The notes under the pieces: model-generated
Databases searched by the model: none
Told to the model about the DNA's origin: nothing
What the model saw: the letters and a program-made list of their open reading frames with translations, nothing else
Program-made: the position numbers and the translations under genes
Shown: one piece after another, positions 18,195 through 28,833 of the stretch
Layout of the letters: the number at the start of each line of letters is the position of its first letter
How positions within the stretch are numbered: position 1 is the stretch's first letter
Source of the DNA: an uncultured Pelagibacteraceae bacterium
GTDB taxonomy: Bacteria > Pseudomonadota > Alphaproteobacteria > Pelagibacterales > Pelagibacteraceae
Assembly: GCA_902531765.1 (NCBI GenBank)
Contig: CACAFC010000001.1
Coordinates: forward strand, 170,261 to 234,260
Direction: 5' to 3'
Length of the DNA: 64,000 bases

Positions 18195-18591
18195 TTTTAG
18201 ATCTCAATTTTTTACCTAAATCATCTAATAAAGCATTTAGATATTTTGTTTGAGAGTCTTCAAGAAAAAAATTAGAAGAATTCAGATATTCTTTAATAAT
18301 AATGTTAATTGATAAATTAGGTTTATACATAAATTCGTAAGTTGCAGCTTTAAGAATAGTTTGGAAAATTTTATCTAATTTCTTAAAGATAAACTGATCA
18401 CCAAGTTTACTGTTTAATTCATCTAAAATAAGATCATTTCTCTCTATAGTCCCTAAAACAATATCTTTAATAAATTTCTTAAACCTGTGTTTAGGGAAAT
18501 CTAAATCATTATCTTCGTTATAAAACTTGCCATAAAGTTTTTGAATTATAATTACTCTAGGATTATTTTTTGGCTTAAAGTATGTCTTCAT
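18187..18591 (-). CDS. nusB: Transcription antitermination factor NusB
   Basis: ILKAATYE, IIIKEYL, YLNALLD; between ribH and thiL. Confidence 0.85.
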   Translation of the reverse strand: MKTYFKPKNNPRVIIIQKLYGKFYNEDNDLDFPKHRFKKFIKDIVLGTIERNDLILDELNSKLGDQFIFKKLDKIFQTILKAATYEFMYKPNLSINIIIKEYLNSSNFFLEDSQTKYLNALLDDLGKKLRSKNA

Positions 18592-18977
18592 TTTTGTGAT
18601 AGTATTGAAATTGCTGCATTTGCAGCTTCAGCACCTTTATTTTTTCTTGCTTTTGCTTGTTTCATATTAAGACAAGTAATAATACCATTACTGACAGGTT
18701 TTTTTTGACTTACTGAAATATCCATTATTGCATTAGTAGATGCTTGCGAAATAAAATCAAAATGAGGTGTTTGACCCTTGATAACACAGCCTAAAGCCAA
18801 AAATGCATCAAATTTTTTTAAATTTTTTGATATTGTAACTGGGATTTCAAAAACACCTGGAACTCTAATAATTTTTATTCGATTTGACCTAGGTATCTTT
18901 TTTAAAGCACTTTTAAGTAGTCCATCACTTATATCTTTATAATAATCAGCTAAAACAATTAAAATTTTTTTATTCAT
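18588..18977 (-). CDS. ribH: 6,7-dimethyl-8-ribityllumazine synthase
   Basis: VPGVFEIP, ALGCVIKGQTPHFDFI, NGIIT. Confidence 0.95.
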   Translation of the reverse strand: MNKKILIVLADYYKDISDGLLKSALKKIPRSNRIKIIRVPGVFEIPVTISKNLKKFDAFLALGCVIKGQTPHFDFISQASTNAIMDISVSQKKPVSNGIITCLNMKQAKARKNKGAEAANAAISILSQK

Positions 18978-20077
18978 TATATAAGTTCCTGTTTCTTAAT
19001 TTTAATTCCATAGCCATCAAGCCCAATAACTTTTTTTAAAGATCTAGTAATTAATATCATATTTTTGATTTTTAGATCTTTAATTATTTGAGCTCCAATT
19101 CCATAATTTTTAATTGATTTATCATTTCCTTTTTTGATAAATTCTTTATTCTTATATTTTTTTAACGTCTGTGATACTGATCTTAAATTTGAATCTTTTA
19201 TAAACACTAAAACACAATTTTGATATTTCTTGAAATAATTTAGAGTTTTGTTAAATGAATTTGGCAGCTTTTGATTTATCAAATAATTTTGAACAATATT
19301 AGATGATATTACTCTTACTCTTGGAGTGATACCTCTTTTGATTTTACCTTTTATAAGAGCAAAATGTTCTGCACCATCTAATAAATTTTCATAAATTCTA
19401 ATCTTATATTTTTGATTTTTTACTTTGATTTGGCTCTGCTTTTTTAACCTTATAAGTTTCTCTTTCTTTAATCTATAAGCTATTAAATCCTCTATTTTTC
19501 CAATTTTAAGCTTATGTTTTTCTGCAAAATTAAATAGATCTTGACCTTTTGCCATTGTTCCATTTTCATTCATTATTTCACAAATAACCGCTGAATTATT
19601 TTTTTTTGCTAATTTTGATATATCAACAGAGGCCTCTGTATGACCTGCTCTTACAAGAACACCCCCATCTTTAGCAATGATTGGAAAGACATGCCCAGGT
19701 GATACTATTTCTTTTTTGATAACATTTTTTTTTGATGCAATCTTTATTGTTTTAGCTCTGTCTTTAGCTGATATACCTGTTGTAATCCCCTTTTTTGCTT
19801 CTATAGAAATTGTAAAAGCTGTTTTATTTCTCGATTGATTCACAGGAGACATTAAGGACAAGTTTAATCTCTTAGCTTGCAAACTGTCTAGTGCTAAGCA
19901 AATCAAACCACGACCATATTTTGCCATGAAATTAATATTTTTTGCTGTTGAATCAGATGATGATATTACTAAATCACCCTCGTTTTCTCTTTTTTCATCA
20001 TCAACTAATATGAACATACCACCTTTTTTCGCAACGTTTATGATTGTTTCTATAGATGCAAAATTATTTTTTTTCAT
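18977..20077 (-). CDS. ribB: 3,4-dihydroxy-2-butanone-4-phosphate synthase fused to a degenerate GTP cyclohydrolase II-like domain (RibBX)
   Basis: Intact RibB motifs (DDEKRENEGDL, PGHVFP, RAGHTEA, CEIMN). The C-terminal domain lacks the RVHSEC..GD..GS.RCDC zinc motif but keeps YGIGAQI. Confidence 0.9.
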   Translation of the reverse strand: MKKNNFASIETIINVAKKGGMFILVDDEKRENEGDLVISSSDSTAKNINFMAKYGRGLICLALDSLQAKRLNLSLMSPVNQSRNKTAFTISIEAKKGITTGISAKDRAKTIKIASKKNVIKKEIVSPGHVFPIIAKDGGVLVRAGHTEASVDISKLAKKNNSAVICEIMNENGTMAKGQDLFNFAEKHKLKIGKIEDLIAYRLKKEKLIRLKKQSQIKVKNQKYKIRIYENLLDGAEHFALIKGKIKRGITPRVRVISSNIVQNYLINQKLPNSFNKTLNYFKKYQNCVLVFIKDSNLRSVSQTLKKYKNKEFIKKGNDKSIKNYGIGAQIIKDLKIKNMILITRSLKKVIGLDGYGIKIKKQELI

Positions 20078-20657
20078 AAAAATAATTTCTAACGTATTTA
20101 GATAAGATATCTATCTCAATATTTACTAAACTATATTTATTGAGCTGAGATAAATTAGTTTCTTTATAAGTATGAGGAATTATCCAAATTTGAAAACCCT
20201 TTTTGGTTATTTTTGAAATTGTCAGTGATATTCCATTTACACAAATTGAAGCCTTTTCAATAAGATGTTTTCTCTCTTTTTTGGGGATCTCAAAATCAAA
20301 AATAAATGATTTATCAATTTTTTTAATATTTAATACTTTTGCAACTGTATCAACATGACCCTGACAAATATGCCCTGAAATTTTAGTTCCATATTTCAAT
20401 GGTAGCTCTAGATTAATTATGTCTTTGTTCTTTATATATTTAAATTTAGAGCGGATTATTGTCTCTTTTGAAAGATAAAATTCCATCAATTTTGATTTAT
20501 AAGATATCAAGGTTAAACATACACCATCACATGCTACTGATAATCCAATATCCTTTTTAGATACTTTAAGATTACTTTTTACAAATATATTAATTCCTTT
20601 AGGTCTTTTGATAATTTTTTTAATTGTGCCCTGATTATATATTATTCCATTAAACAT
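20064..20657 (-). CDS. ribE: Riboflavin synthase (alpha chain)
   Basis: MFNGII, ACDGVCLT, INLE..L..G..ISGHICQGHVD, VNIEIDILSKY. Confidence 0.95.
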   Translation of the reverse strand: MFNGIIYNQGTIKKIIKRPKGINIFVKSNLKVSKKDIGLSVACDGVCLTLISYKSKLMEFYLSKETIIRSKFKYIKNKDIINLELPLKYGTKISGHICQGHVDTVAKVLNIKKIDKSFIFDFEIPKKERKHLIEKASICVNGISLTISKITKKGFQIWIIPHTYKETNLSQLNKYSLVNIEIDILSKYVRNYFYEKK

Positions 20658-20658
20658 A

Positions 20659-21765
20659 TTAATTTTTATACAATGTTATTTTGTTATTTACTAAATTTAG
20701 TTTTAAGTTAATTTTTTTTTTGTATTTCTGTTTTAACAAATTTAAACTATTAAAATATAGATATTCTGATTTTTTTGAGAGTTTTTTATTGCTTTCGTAT
20801 AAATAAAATCTATTAAAAATTTTATTTCTCAATAAATGGTTGGTTAATTCATCACCTCCCTCTATTAACAAATTCCTACAATTCATCTTATAAAGTTTTT
20901 TTAATAGAATTTTGATATCAAATCTTCCTTGATTATCAATTTTAGAGGATATCAAATTTATTCCTCTTTTTCTAAAATTTAAAATTTGGGATTTACATGC
21001 CTTATTGTAAAAAATAATTGTATTAGATTTATTTGCTGTATTTATTATATAACTATTGATATTTGTATTAAGCTTATTATCTAAAATAATTCTTCTTGGA
21101 GAGTATTTCTTTAACCCCTTTAACCTGCAATTTAATTTAGGATTATCATTATTTAAAGTTTTATATGAGATCATCAATGAATCATTCTTATATCTTAATA
21201 GATGAGTAAATCTATCAGCCTTAATATTAGTAATTTTTCTATCCAATTTGCTATAAATTAGATTGTTTTTTGAAACAGCTATTTTACCAGTAACATATGG
21301 CAATTTTTTTTTTCTATTAAAAAAATATGTTGAATAAAAGCTTTTAACTTTTTCTCCTAAAAGCCCTTTTCTTACTTTAATTTTTTTTGAACTTAAAATT
21401 TTAAAACTCTTGTTTCTAACTCTAACATCTATATCTGTAACTGAATAAATAACCTCTGAAATTTTAGATTTTACTATTAAATCTGTACATGGCGGAGTCA
21501 CACCATGATGGCAGCATGGTTCCAAAGTCACGTACATTTTGGATCCACTCAAATTTTCTATGGAATTCTCGATTGCATTAGTCTCTGCATGAGGTCTACC
21601 ACTAATTGATGTTTGACCAATAGAAATAATCTTATCGTTTTTAACAATCACACATCCAACAGAAGGATTTGATCCTGTATGACCATGTCGAGATATAGCC
21701 AGTTTTAAGGCTATCTCCATATATAATTTATCTTTAGTTGAAAATTTATCTTTTTTTGTAGACAT
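20659..21765 (-). CDS. ribD: Bifunctional pyrimidine deaminase/reductase RibD
   Basis: [25 protein letters not shown], reductase IEGG. Start moved to the Met at 21765 (MSTKKDKF) to avoid a long overlap with nrdR. Confidence 0.9.
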   Translation of the reverse strand: MSTKKDKFSTKDKLYMEIALKLAISRHGHTGSNPSVGCVIVKNDKIISIGQTSISGRPHAETNAIENSIENLSGSKMYVTLEPCCHHGVTPPCTDLIVKSKISEVIYSVTDIDVRVRNKSFKILSSKKIKVRKGLLGEKVKSFYSTYFFNRKKKLPYVTGKIAVSKNNLIYSKLDRKITNIKADRFTHLLRYKNDSLMISYKTLNNDNPKLNCRLKGLKKYSPRRIILDNKLNTNINSYIINTANKSNTIIFYNKACKSQILNFRKRGINLISSKIDNQGRFDIKILLKKLYKMNCRNLLIEGGDELTNHLLRNKIFNRFYLYESNKKLSKKSEYLYFNSLNLLKQKYKKKINLKLNLVNNKITLYKN

Positions 21766-22204
21766 CAAGCTTGTCCACGAATTGTACAAAATCTTTTTCC
21801 TCTCGGAAATTTCTATAAACAGATGCAAAACGAACATATGCGACAGGATCTAATTCCTTTAAACCTTCCATAACCATAGTGCCAATCGTATTTGTTGATA
21901 TTTCACTTTGACCAAGCTCTTCAAGAGTTCTTGAAATTTTACTTATGAATTTTTCTGCGGTTTCTGTATCAATTGGACGTTTCTTTAAAGCTATATAAAT
22001 TGATTTTGATAATTTATCTCTATCAAACGCAGATTTTCTACCATTCTTTTTAATCACCATAATTTCTCTAAATTGAACCCTCTCAAATGTTGTAAAACGT
22101 GCGCCACAAACACAAAGTCTTCTTCTTCTTATTGCTGTGCCATCTTCTGTAGGACGTGAGTCGACAACAGAGGTCTCCCCTTTTTTACATATTGAACAAA
22201 TCAT
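21746..22204 (-). CDS. nrdR: Transcriptional repressor NrdR
   Basis: CSIC...VVDSR...[19 protein letters not shown]-cone, [10 protein letters not shown]. Confidence 0.97.
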   Translation of the reverse strand: MICSICKKGETSVVDSRPTEDGTAIRRRRLCVCGARFTTFERVQFREIMVIKKNGRKSAFDRDKLSKSIYIALKKRPIDTETAEKFISKISRTLEELGQSEISTNTIGTMVMEGLKELDPVAYVRFASVYRNFREEKDFVQFVDKLDVYKKR

Positions 22205-22207
22205 TGA

Positions 22208-23515
22208 TTATAAGTTCTTATATATCGGAAACGATGAAGTTAAAGAGATAACTTCATTTTTTACTTCATTTTCTACTTTGCTGTTATCATTTGGATTTTC
22301 GGATAAACCTTTTAAAGTTTTTGTAATTAATTCACCAACAGTTTTAAATTCATTTAAACCAAAGCCTCTAGTAGTAGCAGCTTGAGTTCCTAATCTAATA
22401 CCTGAAGTAATCATTGGCTTTTCAGTATCAAAAGGAATTCCATTTTTGTTACAAGTAATGTTTGCTCTTGAAAGGCTTTCAGCCGCAAGATTACCTTTAA
22501 CATTGTAAGGTCTCAAATCTACCAACATTAAATGTGTATCAGTTCCGTTAGAATAAATTTTAAAACCATTATTTTTTAAAGTTTCAGCTAACATTTTTGC
22601 ATTCGCTAGGACTGACTTTATGTAGTCTTTAAATTCCGGTTGTAAAGCCTCTAGAAAACCTGCGGCTTTAGCTGCGATAACGTGCATTAATGGACCACCT
22701 TGGTATCCTGGAAAAACTGCAGTGTTAAATTTTTTCGCAAGATCCTCATGGTTAGTTAAAATTATTCCACCTCTTGCACTTCTAAAAACTTTATGTGTTG
22801 TTGATGTAACAACATGAGCATGATCACATGGGTTTGGATACCCTTTTCCTGCAACTAAACCAGAAAAATGTGCCATATCAACCATGAGATAAGCTCCAAC
22901 TTTATCAGCAATTTCTCTAAATCTTTTAAAATCTATTACTCTTGAGTAAGCACTTCCACCAGCTATAATTAATTTCGGTTTATGTTCTAAAGCAAGTTTT
23001 TCAACATTATCATAGTCTATAAGCTCAGATTTTTTATCAACGTCATAACTAATTGCATTAAACCATTTGCCTGACATTGAAATTTTTAAACCGTGAGTTA
23101 TATGTCCACCAGAATTTAAACTCATTCCCATAAATGTATCACCTGGACTTAATAGAGCTAAAAATACAGCACCATTAGCTTGTGCGCCTGAGTGAGGTTG
23201 AGAATTTGCAAATTTACAATTGAATAATTTCTTTAGTCTTTCATTTGCAAGATTTTCTGCGACATCAACATGTTCACAACCGTTGTAATAACGCTTACCT
23301 GGGTAACCTTCTGCATATTTGTTTGTTAATACTGAACCTTGGGCTTCCAACACAGCTTGAGAAACTATATTTTCTGAAGCAATTAACTCAATATGTTGTT
23401 GCTGTCTTATTAATTCATCTTTAATAGCTTTATATAACTCAGGATCTTTTATAGATAAACCATCCTCAAAAAAACTTTTGTAGCTATCATTCAAATAACT
23501 TTTTTCACTAGACAT
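22208..23515 (-). CDS. glyA: Serine hydroxymethyltransferase
   Basis: [46 protein letters not shown]. Confidence 0.98.
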   Translation of the reverse strand: MSSEKSYLNDSYKSFFEDGLSIKDPELYKAIKDELIRQQQHIELIASENIVSQAVLEAQGSVLTNKYAEGYPGKRYYNGCEHVDVAENLANERLKKLFNCKFANSQPHSGAQANGAVFLALLSPGDTFMGMSLNSGGHITHGLKISMSGKWFNAISYDVDKKSELIDYDNVEKLALEHKPKLIIAGGSAYSRVIDFKRFREIADKVGAYLMVDMAHFSGLVAGKGYPNPCDHAHVVTSTTHKVFRSARGGIILTNHEDLAKKFNTAVFPGYQGGPLMHVIAAKAAGFLEALQPEFKDYIKSVLANAKMLAETLKNNGFKIYSNGTDTHLMLVDLRPYNVKGNLAAESLSRANITCNKNGIPFDTEKPMITSGIRLGTQAATTRGFGLNEFKTVGELITKTLKGLSENPNDNSKVENEVKNEVISLTSSFPIYKNL

Positions 23516-23517
23516 AA

Positions 23518-23943
23518 TTAAATTTTTTTAACTCTTTTTAAGTGTCTACCACCTTCAAATTTAGTATTTAAAAAAATTTTTATAAATTCGAAAGCCTTTT
23601 TTTTACTAATTAATCTGGACCCTAATGTAATGATGTTTGCATCATTATGCAATCTGGATAATTTGGTAGATTTTGTGCTAAAACACTGTGCTGCACGTAT
23701 ATTTTTATGCTTATTTGCCGCAATATTCATTCCGGTTCCTGAGCCACACACTAGGATTCCAACATTATTTTTACTAACTTTGACTTTTTTTGCTAATTTA
23801 TGTGCGTAATCAGGATAATCAACCCTATTATCATTCACAGGTCCAAGATCTTTAAAATTTAATTTTATACTTTTAAGGAGTTTTTTTATGTCTTCTTTTA
23901 ATTTAAATCCGGCGTGATCTGAGGAAATAAAAATTTTTTTCAA
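23518..23943 (-). CDS. rpiB: Ribose-5-phosphate isomerase B
   Basis: SDHAGF.LK, DYPDYA, CGSGTGM.IAANK, HNDAN, FEGGRH. Confidence 0.95.
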   Translation of the reverse strand: MKKIFISSDHAGFKLKEDIKKLLKSIKLNFKDLGPVNDNRVDYPDYAHKLAKKVKVSKNNVGILVCGSGTGMNIAANKHKNIRAAQCFSTKSTKLSRLHNDANIITLGSRLISKKKAFEFIKIFLNTKFEGGRHLKRVKKI

Positions 23944-23944
23944 A

Positions 23945-24583
23945 TTAGTTGAACTTATAATCTAAAACACATGCAACAAGATGTATTCTATTTTCCTCAC
24001 CACCATTAAAGGCATTGTGATATTTTGTATTATTTGTGATCCAAACTGATCCGTCTGCTGGCATGTGTTTAGCAACATTATCAATAACCATAATACAACC
24101 TGGGTTGGTAATAATAGGTATATGTAATCTAGGCTCTGGATCTCTATGCCAACTTAAAGTTGATCGTGGTTCCTTAAGTAAAACTCTCATCCTACCTAAT
24201 TTATACTTTGAGGACAAAACATCATACACATGTTTAAAGTACGTATTATCGTAATCTTTAACAAACTCACTATATGCAGATTCATTTATAGCTCCTTCCC
24301 TCATTACTTCTTTGCCAGATCTGTCAGGTTTTGTCCAATAAAGACCTCTTGCTTTATTTCCTTTGATAGAATCTGGATCACCAGGAATTTGTGTTAAAGA
24401 TATGGCACCAAAATGTGTAACACCTGCGTCTTCAAACTTTTTAGTCTGGATAATTTGATTATACGCCTCTTGAAGTTTTGAGATGTCAAATTTTATTTCT
24501 TGTTTTTGGAAGTCGCTAAAATCTAGAACTCGTTCTTCTTTTTTTACATTTAAATTTATTATCTTTGTATTTTCAACTGTCAT
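23945..24583 (-). CDS. Fe(II)/2-oxoglutarate oxygenase, aspartyl/asparaginyl beta-hydroxylase-like domain
   Basis: HxD..H triad (WHRD ... YHNAFN), RLHIPIITN and NRIHLV motifs; soluble. Confidence 0.75.
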   Translation of the reverse strand: MTVENTKIINLNVKKEERVLDFSDFQKQEIKFDISKLQEAYNQIIQTKKFEDAGVTHFGAISLTQIPGDPDSIKGNKARGLYWTKPDRSGKEVMREGAINESAYSEFVKDYDNTYFKHVYDVLSSKYKLGRMRVLLKEPRSTLSWHRDPEPRLHIPIITNPGCIMVIDNVAKHMPADGSVWITNNTKYHNAFNGGEENRIHLVACVLDYKFN

Positions 24584-24657
24584 CGTGATTGCTTTGTACC
24601 TTTTTTACTATATATTTGTATATTACATTTGTCGCATTTTTAAAATAAAAATTAAAT

Positions 24658-25647
24658 ATGATTACAGGAAAATATCCTAGTTTGAGACTAAGAAGAAATA
24701 GAAAAAACAGCTGGTCAAGAAGACTTGTCTCAGAAAACAATTTATCACCAAATGACTTTATACTTCCTATATTCTTGATTGAGGGTAAAAACAAGACCCA
24801 ACCAATAAAATCTATGCCTGGTGTATATAGATATACTATTAATAGATTGGGAATAATCTTAGATCGAGCTATTAAAAATCAGATACCTATGGTTGCTTTA
24901 TTTCCTTATACGTCACCTAAATTAAAAGATGATTTAGGAAGTGAAGCTCTAAATGAAGATAATTTAGTATGTAAAGCTATAAAATACATTAAAAAAAGGT
25001 ACAAAAACAAAATTGGAATAATGTGTGACGTAGCTCTAGATCCTTACACAAAACATGGTCATGATGGAATTCTCAAATCAAACAGTATAATGAATGACGA
25101 AACTATAGAGATCTTAATTCAGCAATCTTTATTACAAGCTCAAATGGGATGTGATGTGTTAGCACCATCAGATATGATGGATGGGCGAATTGGAAGAATT
25201 AGAAAAGCTCTAGACAAAGAAAATTTCAAAAATACTCAAATTCTTTCTTACGCGGTTAAATATGCCTCTAACTTTTATGGGCCTTTTAGAGATGCTGTTG
25301 GATCTAAGGTTGCCTTAAAAGGAGATAAAAAAACTTATCAAATGGATTTCAGGAATTATGATGAAGCAATAAGAGAGGTGGCTTTAGATATAAAAGAAGG
25401 TGCAGATATGGTCATGGTAAAACCTGGTTTACCCTATCTTGATATTATAAGATCAATAAAAAATAAATTTAAGATACCAGTTTTCGCCTATCAAGTTTCT
25501 GGTGAATATAGCATGTTATCCAACGCTGTAGAAAAAAAGATAATAAATAAAGATGCGATCTTTGAAAATTTGATGAGTTTTAAAAGAGCTGGTGCAAACG
25601 CAATAGTAAGTTATTACGCAGATAGATTAAATGAAATTTTACCTTGA
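24658..25647 (+). CDS. hemB: Porphobilinogen synthase (ALA dehydratase)
   Basis: RLRRNR, DVALDPYTKHGHDG, APSDMMDGR, SNFYGPFRDA, MVKPG, YQVSGEY. Asp/His-rich metal site, i.e. the non-zinc type. Confidence 0.97.
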   Translation: MITGKYPSLRLRRNRKNSWSRRLVSENNLSPNDFILPIFLIEGKNKTQPIKSMPGVYRYTINRLGIILDRAIKNQIPMVALFPYTSPKLKDDLGSEALNEDNLVCKAIKYIKKRYKNKIGIMCDVALDPYTKHGHDGILKSNSIMNDETIEILIQQSLLQAQMGCDVLAPSDMMDGRIGRIRKALDKENFKNTQILSYAVKYASNFYGPFRDAVGSKVALKGDKKTYQMDFRNYDEAIREVALDIKEGADMVMVKPGLPYLDIIRSIKNKFKIPVFAYQVSGEYSMLSNAVEKKIINKDAIFENLMSFKRAGANAIVSYYADRLNEILP

Positions 25648-26331
25648 TTATCTCAGCGAATTTATAAACTGAATTCTGCTAATTGGATAGTTTAGATTAT
25701 TTGGTTTTAATATGGTTTTTTCTAAAAAATCACTTACTAATTTCAATCCATTTAAAAGTATATTTAAATCATTAACTACAATTTTCTTATCCATTAAAAA
25801 ATTTGGTATTATCTTTTTTTCATTTTTAGATTTAACTACATATATTATTTCATCATCTAATAACTCTTTGGTTGCAAAATTACTTAATTCTAAATCAAAA
25901 CCTATGGTTTTGAGTAATTCTAATTCCCAAAAAATATAATCTTTTAACCACTCATCATTTGAGAGTATCAAATAAAATTTCTCAATAAGGTTAAATATTT
26001 TAATATTAGATTGAGACTCAGCTGTTAATAAACGAATTAAACTCATTGCAGAATTAATGCATGAAAGTTTTTGAGAATTTTCAAAATATATGGGTGAATA
26101 AACTTTTTGGATTTCTAATTTAAAATATCCTAATTTATTCTCAGATTTAGAGTTATAATTAAGATATAGTTGATTTCCAATTTGAAGATAATTTTTGATT
26201 TTTTTTGAAGTACCACCAAAAACGATACCGGATATTTTTCCATGATTTTTAGTATAAAATTCCGAAATAAGAGAGTTTTCGTTATATCTATTTTTTGAAA
26301 GTAAAAAACCTGTATCGTCCCAATTCATCAA
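25648..26331 (-). CDS. recO: DNA repair protein RecO
   Basis: W.D.GFLL....E.S.I, HGK..G, WELELLK.IGF.L; downstream of rnc. Confidence 0.85.
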   Translation of the reverse strand: MMNWDDTGFLLSKNRYNENSLISEFYTKNHGKISGIVFGGTSKKIKNYLQIGNQLYLNYNSKSENKLGYFKLEIQKVYSPIYFENSQKLSCINSAMSLIRLLTAESQSNIKIFNLIEKFYLILSNDEWLKDYIFWELELLKTIGFDLELSNFATKELLDDEIIYVVKSKNEKKIIPNFLMDKKIVVNDLNILLNGLKLVSDFLEKTILKPNNLNYPISRIQFINSLR

Positions 26332-26996
26332 ATCAAACTATCATTTAAACAAAGTAAAGCTGCATTCTGCTCTGCTTCTTTTTTAGATTTTCCCTCACCA
26401 TTATAAAATTTCGTATTTTGTAATTTTACAGCTACTCTGAATATAGGTTTATGTCTAGGCCCGGTATTAGAAATAATTTTATAAGTAGGGAGTTTTTTAA
26501 ATTTTTTTAAAGAAAATTCTTGAAGTTTTGTTTTTGCATCAATTTGTGTAATCACACTTTCTTTAATCTTTTCTTTCCATAAGTCTAATATAATTTTTTC
26601 TGTTATATTAAATCCTCTATCAAGATAAATCGCTCCGATCAATGCTTCACAACTATCCGATATCACTTTATCTTCAATTTTAACTGATCTATTTTTTGGA
26701 TTAAAAATTAAAATATAATTTTGTAAATTAATACTCTTGGCAATTTCTAAACATGTTTTTTTATTTACTAATGAAGCGTATTTTTTATCAAGAATTCCTT
26801 CCTTTTCTTCTGGATAGATCTCTAAAAGTTTTTTTGCAATAACTAAACCCAAAACTCTGTCTCCTAAAAATTCTATTTTTTCATTATTGTTCATTTTATT
26901 AAAACTTTTATGAGTAAGACTTTGAACAAGTAAATTTTTATTTTTAAATTTGTAATCTATTTTTTTTTCAAGTTTAGAATAATCAATTTTCATCAA
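26328..26996 (-). CDS. rnc: Ribonuclease III
   Basis: NEKIEFLGDRVLGL, SDSCEALIGAIYLD, dsRBD DAKTKLQE...GPRH. Confidence 0.97.
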   Translation of the reverse strand: MMKIDYSKLEKKIDYKFKNKNLLVQSLTHKSFNKMNNNEKIEFLGDRVLGLVIAKKLLEIYPEEKEGILDKKYASLVNKKTCLEIAKSINLQNYILIFNPKNRSVKIEDKVISDSCEALIGAIYLDRGFNITEKIILDLWKEKIKESVITQIDAKTKLQEFSLKKFKKLPTYKIISNTGPRHKPIFRVAVKLQNTKFYNGEGKSKKEAEQNAALLCLNDSLI

Positions 26997-27727
26997 ATAA
27001 TTTTCTTAAAAAATCTGTCAAATCGAATAGATTTGTTCCATTTCCAAAAAGCAAAAATACTACCAACTGATCTATCAGATGAAAAAAAAATAAATCTTGC
27101 TTTACCAACTAGATTATCTTCATGAACATAACCCACACTAGTTAAATATCTACTATCTTTTGAACAATCTCTATTATCACCTAAAAAGAAATAGTGATTA
27201 TTAGGGACGTAAAAAACGTCTGAATTCTTAAAAGTAAAATTTTTAAGATAAACAGTTTTATATATTTTTCCGTTTGGTAGTTTTTCCTCAAATGTAAAAA
27301 CATTGATAGTCTTGTCCCCACAATAAATTGGATCTTTTTCTGAGATTTTAGATTTTAAAATTTCACTATTATTTAAATATAAGTTTGTGTCTATAAACTG
27401 AATTCTATCTCCTGGTAAACCAATAAGTCTTTTAATATAATCTGTTCTATTATCAGCAGGTGTTTTAAAAACTATTACATCACCTCTTTGTGGCTTAATA
27501 GAAAAAATTCTATTCTTAAAAATAGGTGGACTAAATGGAAATGAGTGCTTGCTGTACCCATATGAATATTTTGTTACAAAAAGTCGGTCTCCAACTAATA
27601 GACCAGGTTCCATGGATGAAGATGGAATATAGAATGGCTGAATAATTAAGGATCTAATAATTATAGCTATTATTAAAGCGTAAAATAGTGTCTTAAAGTT
27701 TTCTATAAAAAATTTTTTATTAAACAT
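26993..27727 (-). CDS. lepB: Signal peptidase I
   Basis: IPSSSMEPGL..GDR, YIKRLIGLPGD, GDNRD.S.DSR. Confidence 0.97.
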   Translation of the reverse strand: MFNKKFFIENFKTLFYALIIAIIIRSLIIQPFYIPSSSMEPGLLVGDRLFVTKYSYGYSKHSFPFSPPIFKNRIFSIKPQRGDVIVFKTPADNRTDYIKRLIGLPGDRIQFIDTNLYLNNSEILKSKISEKDPIYCGDKTINVFTFEEKLPNGKIYKTVYLKNFTFKNSDVFYVPNNHYFFLGDNRDCSKDSRYLTSVGYVHEDNLVGKARFIFFSSDRSVGSIFAFWKWNKSIRFDRFFKKII

Positions 27728-28112
27728 TTTTTGCCTGAATTATGGTAAATGCAATTGAATATTCTTTTTCATCAGATATTGAAAGAAATATATCAAAATT
27801 TTTCACTTTTAATGTTTTCAATATAATTTTTTTGATATTGTTATTAAGTCTAAAATATGGTTTGCCTAAATTATCATTTAAAATTTCAACATCTTTAAAA
27901 TTTAAACCTTTTCTGAAACCAGTGCCAAGCGCTTTAGAGAAAGATTCTTTTGCTGCAAATTTTTTTGAATAATAGATAGATTTATCTTTTACCAACCTAG
28001 AATTTTTAATTTCAGATAAAGTGAATAATCTTGAGATAAAAATCTTATTTTTAACAGATTTTTTTAGTCTTTTATTTTTAACAATATCTACACCAATACC
28101 TAAAATTTTCAT
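27720..28112 (-). CDS. acpS: Holo-[acyl-carrier-protein] synthase
   Basis: GIGVDIV, FAAKESFSKALGTG, GKPY, LSISDE. Confidence 0.95.
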   Translation of the reverse strand: MKILGIGVDIVKNKRLKKSVKNKIFISRLFTLSEIKNSRLVKDKSIYYSKKFAAKESFSKALGTGFRKGLNFKDVEILNDNLGKPYFRLNNNIKKIILKTLKVKNFDIFLSISDEKEYSIAFTIIQAKNV

Positions 28113-28113
28113 T

Positions 28114-28833
28114 CTAATTTTTGATAATTCTTTTAAACTTTTTTATGACAAATGGTAAACCATAAAAAATAGACTCACCAATAATAAAATGCCCAATATT
28201 GAATTCTACTATTTCATTTATTTTAGTAAGTATCTTAGTAGATTTGAAATCTAGACCGTGTCCAGCATGTACTTCCACCCCAATTTTTGATGCTAATATT
28301 GCACATTTCTTTATCTTTAAAAATTCCTTAATAAAGGATTTTTTTGATTTTATCAGATTGGAAAAGTGTCCTGTATGTATTTCAATACAATCGGCACCTA
28401 TTTCTTTAGACAAATAAATATCATTTATATTTGGGTTTACAAATAAACTTGTTCTAATCTTTTTTTTTTTAAATTGTGATATTATCTTTTTAATTTTATT
28501 TTTATTCTTCTTTAAATCTAATCCACCTTCAGTAGTTATTTCATTTCTATTTTCAGGTACAATACAAATAAATTTTGGTTTTATTCTCAAAGCATTCTTA
28601 ACAATATTACTATTTGTTGAAATTTCTAAATTTACTAATAATCTTTTTATTGAACAAATCTTTTTTGCATCTAAATCTCTTATATGTCTCCTGTCTTCTC
28701 GAAGGTGTATAGTGATTGAGTCAGCTCCTTTTTTTTTTACAAACAATGCAGCTTTATATGGGTCAGGATGAATTTCACCTCTAGCATTTCGAACTGTCGC
28801 AACATGATCAATATTTACACCTAATCGTTTCAC
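28114..28833 (-). CDS. pdxJ: Pyridoxine 5'-phosphate synthase
   Basis: LGVNIDHVATVRNAR, ITIHLREDRRHI, TTEGGL, VHAGHGL, EFNIGH. Confidence 0.97.
   Translation of the reverse strand: MKRLGVNIDHVATVRNARGEIHPDPYKAALFVKKKGADSITIHLREDRRHIRDLDAKKICSIKRLLVNLEISTNSNIVKNALRIKPKFICIVPENRNEITTEGGLDLKKNKNKIKKIISQFKKKKIRTSLFVNPNINDIYLSKEIGADCIEIHTGHFSNLIKSKKSFIKEFLKIKKCAILASKIGVEVHAGHGLDFKSTKILTKINEIVEFNIGHFIIGESIFYGLPFVIKKFKRIIKN

Noticed and set aside
20659-21765. RibD reductase domain inactive (SLDG replaced by SKNN, Trp lost)
   Set aside because: The key Lys, two Arg, Asp and EGG Glu positions appear retained, so it is more likely diverged than dead.
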